Assembly: GCA_946409545.1 (NCBI GenBank)
Contig: CAMJWT010000008.1
Span: 789 to 64,788, forward strand
Length of the DNA stretch: 64,000 nucleotides
Direction of reading: 5' to 3'
Source of the DNA: an uncultured Clostridia bacterium
Lineage (GTDB): Bacteria > Bacillota_I > Bacilli_A > RF39 > UBA660
The position numbers and the translations under genes are program-made. Below, one piece after another: positions 8,027-17,563 of this stretch (the first letter of the stretch is position 1; the number at the start of each line of letters is the position of its first letter). The notes beneath the pieces are model-generated. The model ran no database searches and was not told the origin of the DNA. It was given only the letters and a program-made list of their open reading frames with translations.

Positions 8027-10156
8027 GTGGGATATATGAATTTAAGAGAATATGCTGAAGATGTTAATCAAGATTTAGAAGTTATTATTGAATTATGTAA
8101 TAAACTTGGAATTAAGAAAACACGTGAAGAAGATTTCTTAACTAATGATGAAATCACCATGTTAGATATTGAAATAGATAACATGAAAGAAAATGAAAAT
8201 CCTGATTACGAACTAGATGAAGAACTTGAAGAAAAAGTTACAAATCTTGTTAATGGCATGGATATGGACTTAGATCAAGTATCTACTAAACGTGAAAAAG
8301 TAAAGTCTAATAAAGGACAAGATATCAAAAAAGACGATAATAAGATTAAATTTCAAAAAAAGAAAAAAGAAATTTATAAACATCGTGATAAATTAATGGA
8401 AAATAAAGAAGAAGATGATGTTGTTCTTTATAAAGAAGGTATGACTGTAACAGATGTTGCGAATATCTTAGATGTACCAGCAACAGACATTGTTAAGAAA
8501 TTGTTTAATCTTGGTATTATGGCTAATGTTAATCAAAGCCTAAACTATGATACTGTTGAATTAATTCTTTTAGATTATGATAAAAAATTAAAACAAGAAG
8601 AATTAGCAGATAAGTCTAATTTTGAAAAATATGAAATTGTTGATAGAGAAGAAGACTTAGTTGATAGACCTCCTGTAATTACAATTATGGGTCATGTTGA
8701 CCATGGTAAGACAACTTTACTTGATACTATTAGAAATACTAATGTAGTTAGTGGTGAAGCAGGTGGAATTACACAAGCTATTGGTGCTTATCAAGTAGAT
8801 GTTAATGGTAAAAAGATTACGTTTATTGACACTCCAGGGCATGAAGCTTTTACAGAAATGAGAGCAAGAGGTGCAAGTGTTACAGATATCGTTATCCTAA
8901 TCGTTGCAGCTAATGATGGTGTTATGCCTCAAACAAAAGAAGCTATTGACCATGCTAAAGCAGCAGGAGTTCCAATTATTGTTGCTCTAAACAAAATTGA
9001 TTTACCAGAAGCCAATCCAGATAGAGTACTTGCTGAACTAGCTGAATATGGTCTTGTTCCAGAAAGTTATGGTGGTGATACCATCGTATGTAAGATTTCT
9101 GCGAAAAAAGGAATTGGTATTGACGAATTATTAGATACCATTATTCTCGTATCTGAAATGAAAGAATTAAAAGCTAATCCAAATCGTTATGCAACAGGAA
9201 CAGTAATTGAAGCAAGAAGTGATCAAAAAGTTGGATCAGTAGTAAGTTTACTTGTTCAAAGTGGAACATTACGTATTGGAGATCCGGTCGTTATTGGAAC
9301 AAGTTATGGTAAGATTCGTGGACTTAAAGACGATAAAGGAAATAATATTGCATACGCAAGACCAAGTACACCAGTTGAAGTAATTGGTATATCAGAACTT
9401 CCAACAGCTGGTGATAAGTTTATGGCCTTTGCAACTGAAAAAGAAGCAAGAAGCGTATCAGAAGAACGTAAACTAAGAAGTCATGCTGAAGATACTAATA
9501 GAACAGGAATGAGTTTAGATGAATTATTTAATATGGTTCAAGAAGGTACAAAAGAAATTAATGTTGTCCTAAAAACTGATGTTAAAGGTTCTGAAGAAGC
9601 TGTTAAACATTCACTATCTAAAATTGAAATTGATGGTGTTAAAGTAAATGTAATTCGTAGTGGTGTAGGAAACATTACTGAAAGTGATGTATCACTAGCC
9701 AGTGCTTCTAATGCAATTATTATTGGTTTTAATGTAAGACCTGATACGAAAACAAGTGATTTAGCAAAAGACAAGAATGTTGAAATAAGACTATATAATA
9801 TTATCTATAAAGTAGTTGAAGATATGGAAGACGCTATTAAAGGTAGTCTAGAACCAGTTTATGAAGAACAAGTTTTAGGAACGGCAGAAGTTCGTAAAAT
9901 CTTTAAATTCTCTAAAATTGGTAATATCGCTGGTTGCCATGTAACTGATGGATTAATCAAAAATGGCGCTGAAGCAAGACTTATTCGTGATGGTGTTGTC
10001 GTATATACATCTAAGATTGCATCTCTTCAACATGAAAAAGATCAAGTTAAAGAAGCTAAGAATGGATTTGATTGTGGTATTACAATAGAAGATTATCAAG
10101 ATATTCGTGAGGGAGACTTAATTGAGTGCTTCCAAATGGTAGAGGTTAAAAGATAA
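8027..10156 (+). CDS. infB: translation initiation factor IF-2
   Basis: GTG start at 8027 or ATG at 8036; ambiguous. GTPase motifs [26 protein letters not shown]-2 C-terminal domains present. Confidence 0.95.
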   Translation: MGYMNLREYAEDVNQDLEVIIELCNKLGIKKTREEDFLTNDEITMLDIEIDNMKENENPDYELDEELEEKVTNLVNGMDMDLDQVSTKREKVKSNKGQDIKKDDNKIKFQKKKKEIYKHRDKLMENKEEDDVVLYKEGMTVTDVANILDVPATDIVKKLFNLGIMANVNQSLNYDTVELILLDYDKKLKQEELADKSNFEKYEIVDREEDLVDRPPVITIMGHVDHGKTTLLDTIRNTNVVSGEAGGITQAIGAYQVDVNGKKITFIDTPGHEAFTEMRARGASVTDIVILIVAANDGVMPQTKEAIDHAKAAGVPIIVALNKIDLPEANPDRVLAELAEYGLVPESYGGDTIVCKISAKKGIGIDELLDTIILVSEMKELKANPNRYATGTVIEARSDQKVGSVVSLLVQSGTLRIGDPVVIGTSYGKIRGLKDDKGNNIAYARPSTPVEVIGISELPTAGDKFMAFATEKEARSVSEERKLRSHAEDTNRTGMSLDELFNMVQEGTKEINVVLKTDVKGSEEAVKHSLSKIEIDGVKVNVIRSGVGNITESDVSLASASNAIIIGFNVRPDTKTSDLAKDKNVEIRLYNIIYKVVEDMEDAIKGSLEPVYEEQVLGTAEVRKIFKFSKIGNIAGCHVTDGLIKNGAEARLIRDGVVVYTSKIASLQHEKDQVKEAKNGFDCGITIEDYQDIREGDLIECFQMVEVKR

Positions 10157-10509
10157 TGGATAAAGTTAAAACATCACGTATCAATAATGCGTATATGGAA
10201 CAGTTAAACATTATTTTTGGAAAAGAAATAAAAAATCCTGTTTTAAAGAATGTTGTTGTAACAGAAGTTAATGTATCAAGTGATTTATCTTATGCTAAAG
10301 TTTATTTCACTTGTTATAATGATGATCAAGAAAAAGTATTAAAAGAATTAAATGATAGTAAAGGACACTTAAGAAGTGAACTTGCTAAAAGAGTTTTAGT
10401 TCGTCATACACCAGAGTTATCATTCTTCTATGATAATTCTATTGAATATGCAAATCGTATTGAAACAATCATTAAAGAAATCCATGAAAAAGAAAATAAG
10501 AGTGAGTAA
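10156..10509 (+). CDS. rbfA: ribosome-binding factor A
   Basis: 117 aa. Start overlaps the infB stop (TAATG). RbfA-like sequence: RINNAYMEQLNIIF...VYF...L..A..L..EL. Confidence 0.85.
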   Translation: MDKVKTSRINNAYMEQLNIIFGKEIKNPVLKNVVVTEVNVSSDLSYAKVYFTCYNDDQEKVLKELNDSKGHLRSELAKRVLVRHTPELSFFYDNSIEYANRIETIIKEIHEKENKSE

Positions 10510-10522
10510 TCACTCTTTTTTT
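10498..10522 (+). terminator. rho-independent terminator (overlaps rbfA stop)
   Basis: AAGAGTGA-gtaa-TCACTCTT hairpin followed by TTTTTT. Confidence 0.7.
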
Positions 10523-10603
10523 GTAAATTTATAATAAAAATGTTAAAAAATGTTTATAACACTTTGAATAATTTGTATAATTATTATAGGAGAGTAGGCA
10601 AAT

Positions 10604-13600
10604 ATGAAACAATATAAAAAAATTTTAATCTTTGTATTATGTTCTATTTTATTATTAATTGGTAGTGTCTCAATATTTAAATTTGAAAGAAATAGAAATA
10701 ATATTAAAGAAGAAATATTTCTAGGTGATATAAATGACAAGATTGATTATACATTTACAGTAAGTTGGAAAGATGAAAATAATGAAAATAATCGACCGGA
10801 AAGTGTAACATATAATTTATATAATGTACTTAATCAAGGAATAGTTGTAAGCACTGTTACATTAACAAATGAAAATGCTGACCCTAATGATTCAAATAAA
10901 TGGAATGGAGTTTTCCAAGAAGTTCCTAAATATAATCAAGACACAACACTTGCTGAATATATAATTAAACAAGAAAATCTTAATAATTATCATCAGAATT
11001 ATTCAAGGACTGATTATAACGGTTTATGTATGTCTTTTGGAGATTCAGGAAATGGGCTTGTTAATTTTATAACAGAACACGATGATGGTAATTATTATTA
11101 TCTTAATAATAGCAATAATGCTTATACTTATTCTTTCCCATCAAGTGACTTAGCAAATAAAAAAGTATGTGTTCCAGTAATAAAAGGAAAAGAACAAATA
11201 TATATTACTGGTGATCATGTTCTTCTTAATGCTAAAGGTATTTATCCAACATATCAAGATTCATACGACGTAACTCAAACAGCTGAAATTGGTGACGGAT
11301 GGGAAGAATTCTATGGAAGAAGTATGCCTAATGTTTATAGTAGTGCTAATGCTCTAGGATTAAAATATACATGGGCTCCTAATAGAGAATTATTTCCAAA
11401 TGTTAATTTAATTGAAAATATAAGTAATTATTCATCATATGATTTTGAAGTAAAATGGATTAATAATGGTTTTGCCGATAAGAAACCTAATTCTGTAACA
11501 TATGAATTATATAAAGCCTTTAATAATGAGCTTGTTAGTTCTACAACAATAACAAAAAGTAGTCAACAAGGTGATACATGGCATGGATCATTTTCTAATA
11601 TATTAAGATATGATAATAATGGTGATGAAATAGAATACTTAATTAAGCAAAAAGCAAATATGGGTTATTATCAAACGTTTGATAGAAAAAATAAAAATGG
11701 ATTATGCGTAACTTTTGGAAATCAGGATAATTATAACAGTTCAAGTTATGTTTATATAACTACCGATCATATTAACAATAAGTTTTATGCAATGAAAAAC
11801 CCAAGATATAATGGATTTGGTTTTCAAAAACAAGATATGCAAAATCAAACAGTTTGTTTTCCAACGATAAAAGGAAAAGAACGAATGTATTTCATTTCTT
11901 CTTATGAAAATTTAGATATTAAAAATATTTATCCTACATTTAAAGATAAATATGATACTCCATATTCTGTAGATACTGGAACTGTTTTTGTTGATTATAA
12001 AGGAGAAGAATATCCAAATATTTCTAATAGAATTAATGGTCAACCAAGATATACATTTGAACCAAATACTAACACTTTTATTAATGCTGACCTTATTATT
12101 AATGAACAACTTGTTACTAATGTAAAATTTGATAAATATTGGGAAGATGAAGGTTTTGAAAATTTAAGACCAACTTCATCAGAATTTTATTTGTATGATA
12201 AAAATGATCAAACTACAAAACTTGCAAAAATTACGCTAGATCAAGATGATTATGACCCAAATGATAGCAATCATATGATTGGTGAATTTAAAAATGTTCT
12301 TGCTGTTCGTCCTGACGGAACAAAAAGAGAATTTGTTGTAAGAGAAAAAGAAATACCTAAATATACAGAATTTTACGATTCATCTACAGGCATTAGAATT
12401 AAGTTTAATGAGAATGCTGATGCTGCTAGAGAGTATGCTTTAATGTTATTCTTCCATGATGATCATGAGATTCAATATAATGGATGGTATGCTATAGATC
12501 TTTATCCTAATTTTCTCACTCCATCTTTTGGTTCTAAATCTGATATTGCTAATAAAACATTTGATATATCTAATCCAAGTAATGTTGGTATTAGAAGTGT
12601 TAGTTATTCTTCTGTAATGTCGTCTATTGAAAAACAAACTAAGTACTCAGACTTGAAATTAGTAGAAGAACTAGTAGGTAATAATTATCCGGAATCAAAG
12701 CATCCTTTCCCTTATGGAGAATCACACGCATGGCATTATAAATATACATACTCTAGTTATTCAAATGACTTTTATTTAACTTTTGATACTCCAAGTTGGG
12801 GTTTAAAATATGGCATTTTAATTGACTCTATTACAACAATAGGAAATGAAGACATTGTTACATCAATAATTGATGATAAAGAAATCGAACTTGAAAAAAG
12901 ATGGGATGATGAGGGACATGAAAATGAAAGACCAAATGAAGTAATCATTGATATCTATGATGATGAAAACAAAACTAATTTAGTAAAAACTGTTTCATTA
13001 AATGAAGATGATGCATCGTCACCTAATGTATGGAAACAGAAAGTAGAACATTTAAAACGATTTGATGATAATGGTGAAGAAAAAAAGTATTATATTAAAG
13101 AAAGAGCAATTGATAAATATCAAACTTATTATGATTACAATGATTATTATAATGGTTTAGCAGTTACTTTTTCAGAAGATTCTAATGTAGGAACAAAATT
13201 AATCCCTTTAATTTTGGGAGAAACAAGATATAATGGCAGTATTTGGGAATCTAATAAGCAATATTCATATGATAACATAGGTTCAATTTTAGGTAATCCA
13301 CTAGCTGGTAGTACCATTCTTGTGCCATCTAAAGAAATATCTTTAGTTATTTATTGTAACAATAATCATTGCGAAAATAATGAGAATAAAGTAAAAGTAG
13401 TTGATATTAAACCAATACATTTTGATTCAAATAATTTTAATACTTATTTTCGTAGTTCTTCATTTAGTACGGATTATGAACATTTAGGGGTTCACTTAAA
13501 TAATGATTATCTTAACTCTGAAGAATTAAATTTAGAAAATAAGGTCTATGCTTGGTCATATAAATGGATTGGTGATACTGAGTCACGTGAAAATGAAACC

Positions 13601-15496
13601 GTAGTTATTAATAAATATAATGAAGCCTCTTTTCCTTTTTCTAAAGAATGGAATGATCAAGGTTTTGAAAATGAAAGACCCGAAAAAGTAAAGTTTAATC
13701 TATATAATATAAAAGATGAAACTAAAATTGTTAGTACACTTGAATTAACAAAGAGCAATGAAAATCATAACAATAGTCATGAGTGGAAAGGAACTTTTAA
13801 TAATATTCCTAAATTTAATAATAACGGTACCGTAGCAGAATATATTGTAAAAGAAGAAGAAAATGATAAATATGATATTAAGTACAATATAACTAAAACT
13901 GGATATTGTGTAAAAACGACAAAATATTTTAATAATAATGTAGCTGTTACCTTTAGAATAAAAAACGGAGATGATTATTATTACATTACTAATAAAGACA
14001 ATTTAAATAATGTAGTATACTTTAGTAAATATAATTTGTCGAATGGAGAATTTTGTTTTGAGGCTGATAGCAATGATCTTTATATAGAATATAATAATAG
14101 AAATAATGGCAAACAAGTTACCTGGAATGGAGACAGTGGGTACGCATATTATAATTATCCTTTAATTGAATCCATATATCCAGTTAATTTAAAAGAATAT
14201 AACTATGTTGTAGGAACTGTAAAAGATACACAAGTACATAATTATGTGGAGGTTATGGATAATGAGCCATTTGATACCTATGAGAGACATTATCGACTTC
14301 CAGATAGAATGAGCTTTTATTATCAAACTTATATTCATTATAAATGGGTTTCTAAAGATGAACCTTTTGCTGGTGCAAATATAATAATTAACACAGCAAA
14401 TATGAGAAAAGAACAATATATTAAAATCTTTGATGATGAAGGATTTGAAAATTTAAGACCAAAAGAATTAAAATTTGCTTTATATGAAATAAATGGTATT
14501 ATGCCAAGAGAAATAAAGACAATTAACACTAGAAATTGTAACGAAAACGTTTGTGAAATTGATTTCGGTGGTGTAATGGATAAAGATATTGATGGAAATC
14601 CAATTAACTATAGAATTGTTGAATTAGAAACATATGGATATGATGTTTCATATGAGGATAATAAAGTTATTAATAAAGCTGTTCCAATAGATGTAAATAT
14701 TATTAACTTTGATGATGAAAACAATAAGTTATCAGGAGTTAAATTAGGAATCTATAAAGATGGTAATGAAGTTCTAACTTATGTAACATCTGATGAAATA
14801 TATGAAGTTAAATTATTACCAGGTGAATATGAAGTTAAAGAATTAGAAGTACCTAAAGGTTATAAGATAAGTTTTGATATCAATATTAAAGTAAATGAAG
14901 ATGGAACAATAGAGCAAGATGATAGTACTGTTGATGATATAACAATTATTAATGAAAAAATAAAAGGTTTTGATATCAAAATAAAGAAAACAATGAAAGA
15001 TTCTAATAATGAGAAGTTCAAATTTAGAATAACTATTGAAAACTTTAATGATAGTATAAATTATATTGGAGATAAAACGGGAACATTAGAATTTGAAAGT
15101 GGAGTTGCCAATATTGAATTAGGTGCAAATGAATATATTATTCTAAAAGATATACCTATTGATTCAAAATATGAAGTAATTGAATTAGAAGAAGATTATG
15201 ATTTAACAATAAAAGGTACAAATGAAGGTATCTTAAAACAAAATACTGAAATAGAATTTGTTAATGAAAAGAAAGTAGTTCCAATAGTTGAACCAACTCC
15301 AAGTACGATAGATGAAGAAGTAATAGATGCTGTAAATGGTGATGATAAAGAAACACTAACTGGTGACGAAGAAACAGATGTTAAAACACCAATAACAGGA
15401 ATTACAAGTTACATAAAATATATTGGATTTGGTATTCTATTAACAGCTTTAGCTGTAATGATTCTATTAAAAAAGAAAACTTATAATAAAGGATAA
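10604..15496 (+). CDS. large cell-surface adhesin-like protein with multiple Cna B-type (W-D-x-G-x-x-RP) repeats; paralogue A
   Basis: 1630 aa. N-terminal signal/anchor. Repeats of KWxDxGFENxRPxxVxFxLY. C-terminal VKTPITG + hydrophobic helix + KKK tail. Confidence 0.85.
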   Translation: MKQYKKILIFVLCSILLLIGSVSIFKFERNRNNIKEEIFLGDINDKIDYTFTVSWKDENNENNRPESVTYNLYNVLNQGIVVSTVTLTNENADPNDSNKWNGVFQEVPKYNQDTTLAEYIIKQENLNNYHQNYSRTDYNGLCMSFGDSGNGLVNFITEHDDGNYYYLNNSNNAYTYSFPSSDLANKKVCVPVIKGKEQIYITGDHVLLNAKGIYPTYQDSYDVTQTAEIGDGWEEFYGRSMPNVYSSANALGLKYTWAPNRELFPNVNLIENISNYSSYDFEVKWINNGFADKKPNSVTYELYKAFNNELVSSTTITKSSQQGDTWHGSFSNILRYDNNGDEIEYLIKQKANMGYYQTFDRKNKNGLCVTFGNQDNYNSSSYVYITTDHINNKFYAMKNPRYNGFGFQKQDMQNQTVCFPTIKGKERMYFISSYENLDIKNIYPTFKDKYDTPYSVDTGTVFVDYKGEEYPNISNRINGQPRYTFEPNTNTFINADLIINEQLVTNVKFDKYWEDEGFENLRPTSSEFYLYDKNDQTTKLAKITLDQDDYDPNDSNHMIGEFKNVLAVRPDGTKREFVVREKEIPKYTEFYDSSTGIRIKFNENADAAREYALMLFFHDDHEIQYNGWYAIDLYPNFLTPSFGSKSDIANKTFDISNPSNVGIRSVSYSSVMSSIEKQTKYSDLKLVEELVGNNYPESKHPFPYGESHAWHYKYTYSSYSNDFYLTFDTPSWGLKYGILIDSITTIGNEDIVTSIIDDKEIELEKRWDDEGHENERPNEVIIDIYDDENKTNLVKTVSLNEDDASSPNVWKQKVEHLKRFDDNGEEKKYYIKERAIDKYQTYYDYNDYYNGLAVTFSEDSNVGTKLIPLILGETRYNGSIWESNKQYSYDNIGSILGNPLAGSTILVPSKEISLVIYCNNNHCENNENKVKVVDIKPIHFDSNNFNTYFRSSSFSTDYEHLGVHLNNDYLNSEELNLENKVYAWSYKWIGDTESRENETVVINKYNEASFPFSKEWNDQGFENERPEKVKFNLYNIKDETKIVSTLELTKSNENHNNSHEWKGTFNNIPKFNNNGTVAEYIVKEEENDKYDIKYNITKTGYCVKTTKYFNNNVAVTFRIKNGDDYYYITNKDNLNNVVYFSKYNLSNGEFCFEADSNDLYIEYNNRNNGKQVTWNGDSGYAYYNYPLIESIYPVNLKEYNYVVGTVKDTQVHNYVEVMDNEPFDTYERHYRLPDRMSFYYQTYIHYKWVSKDEPFAGANIIINTANMRKEQYIKIFDDEGFENLRPKELKFALYEINGIMPREIKTINTRNCNENVCEIDFGGVMDKDIDGNPINYRIVELETYGYDVSYEDNKVINKAVPIDVNIINFDDENNKLSGVKLGIYKDGNEVLTYVTSDEIYEVKLLPGEYEVKELEVPKGYKISFDINIKVNEDGTIEQDDSTVDDITIINEKIKGFDIKIKKTMKDSNNEKFKFRITIENFNDSINYIGDKTGTLEFESGVANIELGANEYIILKDIPIDSKYEVIELEEDYDLTIKGTNEGILKQNTEIEFVNEKKVVPIVEPTPSTIDEEVIDAVNGDDKETLTGDEETDVKTPITGITSYIKYIGFGILLTALAVMILLKKKTYNKG

Positions 15497-15521
15497 AAGA
15501 GTGAATAATCACTCTTTTTTT
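15497..15521 (+). terminator. rho-independent terminator (near-identical to the one after rbfA)
   Basis: AAGAGTGA-ataa-TCACTCTT hairpin followed by TTTTTTT. Confidence 0.7.
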
Positions 15522-15599
15522 ATGACAAATTTGTGTAATGTTGAATGTTAAAGATTATAATATTTGTTACACTGATAATAGGTAGGAGTGTAGATAAAC

Positions 15600-15628
15600 T
15601 TGAAAAATAATGAAAAAAGTGATATAAT
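15600..15628 (+). promoter_or_regulatory. sigma-A-type promoter
   Basis: TTGAAA (15600-15605), 17-nt spacer, TATAAT (15623-15628). Confidence 0.55.
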
Positions 15629-15662
15629 AAGCACTTGTGAAAAAGGGGACTAGGTTATAGTT

Positions 15663-17516
15663 ATGAAAAATGAAAGATTAAAGGCTTTAGAAAGATTGGT
15701 AAAAACTTTGCCTGAAGAAGAAGCAAAAAGAGTTGTTAGATTATTTGAATCTGGAAAGATGACAGGTTATCCAACTGTTGATAGACCATGGGACTTTTTC
15801 TATAAAGATATAGAGAAGAATGAATTGTTTTTGGATACAACCCCATATCAAGGTTTAGTAATCGGAAATAAAGATTATCCTGATGAAAGCGCAATTGGAT
15901 ATTTTGGCGCTGATGTTTCTTTCGGAGAATTATTAAAAAATATTGATATAGTTGCGAAATCTTTAGAAGAGTATGGTATTAAAAAGGGAGATTTTGTTAC
16001 GATATGTTCAACAACTAATCCAGAAGTTGTGTATATTTTTTATGCAATAAGTAAAATTGGTGCAGTTGCAAACGTTATTGCTCCATTTTATACGCCAGAA
16101 GAGTTTATGGCAAGAGTTCAGGAATGTGATAGTAAAATTATTATCATGGTTGATAAATTTATGCCAAAATTCAAAGATGTACTTAATAGAGAAAAACAAA
16201 AAAATGTTGTTGTATTACCAATGATGAATTCATCATTAATGCGTTTTATAACGAAAAAGTATAAGATTGATGGAAAAGCAAATGAAACTAGTTGGAATAC
16301 TTTTATAAAAGATGGTTCTCATCGAAAAGATGCTTTGGTTGATCCGTATGAATTTGGTAAGCCACAAGCAATGGTGTATTCAAGTGGATCAACTGGTCCA
16401 TCAAAAGGAATTTTATTGTCTGTAGATAGTTTCCAAAAGTTAATAAATGCATACGGTAATTCTGGATTTGATACATCTAGATTACAAAAGGTATATCAAA
16501 ATATACCACCATGGCATTCAACTGGATTAAGTTTAGGAATCAACTTTCCATTATCATTTGGAGTTAAGGTTTATACAGATCCAAGATTTGATACAAGTGT
16601 TTTTGTAAAAAATGTACTAAGATTTAAACCAGAGTATATTTTAACTAATACAACGATGTATCAAGGTTTTACTTATGAAGAGAATCTTCGTAGAATGAAG
16701 GGTAAATCTTTAGAGTTTTTAAAATATCCTGTTGAAGGTGGAGAACCTCTAACAGAAAAAGATATTTCAAATATTGAAGGAGTCTTTAGAAGTCATGGAT
16801 CTACGGCAAGATTATTAAATGGTTATGGTCAATGTGAATGTGGTGCAACTGTTACAACAGATATTACATCTCATAAATTTTCAAATGATGCTTCAGGAAT
16901 TCCACTTCCTGACATTACGACTGTAGGTGTTTTTGATGATGATTTTAGAGAACTAAAATATGGTGAACGTGGTAATATTTTTGTAAAAACTGATATTGGA
17001 ATGATTGAATACTTCAAAAAGCCAGTTGAAACAAGTGAATTCTTTTATACCGATTCTAATGGAGATAAATGGAGTCAAACTGGTGACGTTGGATATATTG
17101 ATCGTGACGGAAGTTTAGTCGTTCTTGGTAGAAAAAGTGATTATTCAGTAATTGATGGCGAAAAAATATATAATTTTGATATTGAAAGGGCGATATTACA
17201 ATTAACTACGGTTAAATTATGTGAGGTTCAAACTCATCCAAATGATAGCAATAAACTTGTTGCTCATATTGTGTGGGAAAATGAGATTAAAGCATTATTA
17301 AAAAAGAATCCTGAAAAGGTATATGACTATCTTGCTGAAATTCAAGATGTTGTAATGAAATTAATAGGTAAAAAAGAAGCAGTTCCAGGTTTGTTTTGTA
17401 TAAGAGATAATTTCCCAAGTGCATATTCTGGAAAAAGAGATGTCAAATTTATCAGAAATGATGTTGATGGTTTGATTGAAATGGAAATACCTAAGCAAAA
17501 AATTATAGTAAAATAG
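15663..17516 (+). CDS. AMP-dependent synthetase/ligase (acyl-CoA synthetase-like)
   Basis: 617 aa. AMP-binding motif MVYSSGSTGPSKGILLS. Adenylate-forming fold features (GYGQCE, TGD, GR/K). Confidence 0.8.
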   Translation: MKNERLKALERLVKTLPEEEAKRVVRLFESGKMTGYPTVDRPWDFFYKDIEKNELFLDTTPYQGLVIGNKDYPDESAIGYFGADVSFGELLKNIDIVAKSLEEYGIKKGDFVTICSTTNPEVVYIFYAISKIGAVANVIAPFYTPEEFMARVQECDSKIIIMVDKFMPKFKDVLNREKQKNVVVLPMMNSSLMRFITKKYKIDGKANETSWNTFIKDGSHRKDALVDPYEFGKPQAMVYSSGSTGPSKGILLSVDSFQKLINAYGNSGFDTSRLQKVYQNIPPWHSTGLSLGINFPLSFGVKVYTDPRFDTSVFVKNVLRFKPEYILTNTTMYQGFTYEENLRRMKGKSLEFLKYPVEGGEPLTEKDISNIEGVFRSHGSTARLLNGYGQCECGATVTTDITSHKFSNDASGIPLPDITTVGVFDDDFRELKYGERGNIFVKTDIGMIEYFKKPVETSEFFYTDSNGDKWSQTGDVGYIDRDGSLVVLGRKSDYSVIDGEKIYNFDIERAILQLTTVKLCEVQTHPNDSNKLVAHIVWENEIKALLKKNPEKVYDYLAEIQDVVMKLIGKKEAVPGLFCIRDNFPSAYSGKRDVKFIRNDVDGLIEMEIPKQKIIVK

Positions 17517-17563
17517 ATAGAAAAAGCTAAATAATATGTTATACTTATATAGTAGGTGATGAT

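Noticed and set aside
8012-8036. Possible missing or degraded L7Ae (ylxQ) gene between ylxR and infB
   Set aside because: Only 14-23 nt separate the two genes. There is no room for a pseudogene remnant, so this is a clean absence rather than decay.
9538-9774. Minus-strand 78-aa ORF inside infB, and similar internal antisense ORFs (11912-12109, 12446-12637, 14189-14529, 16008-16199, 18148-18837, 19567-19830, 29035-29217, 31377-31577, 33921-34109, 36527-37110, 43624-43857, 45794-46021, 51340-51525, 54044-54232, 55443-55685, 56277-56468, 61111-61314, 63637-63909)
   Set aside because: All are embedded in well-supported genes on the other strand or frame, lack an RBS, and have shadow-ORF composition.
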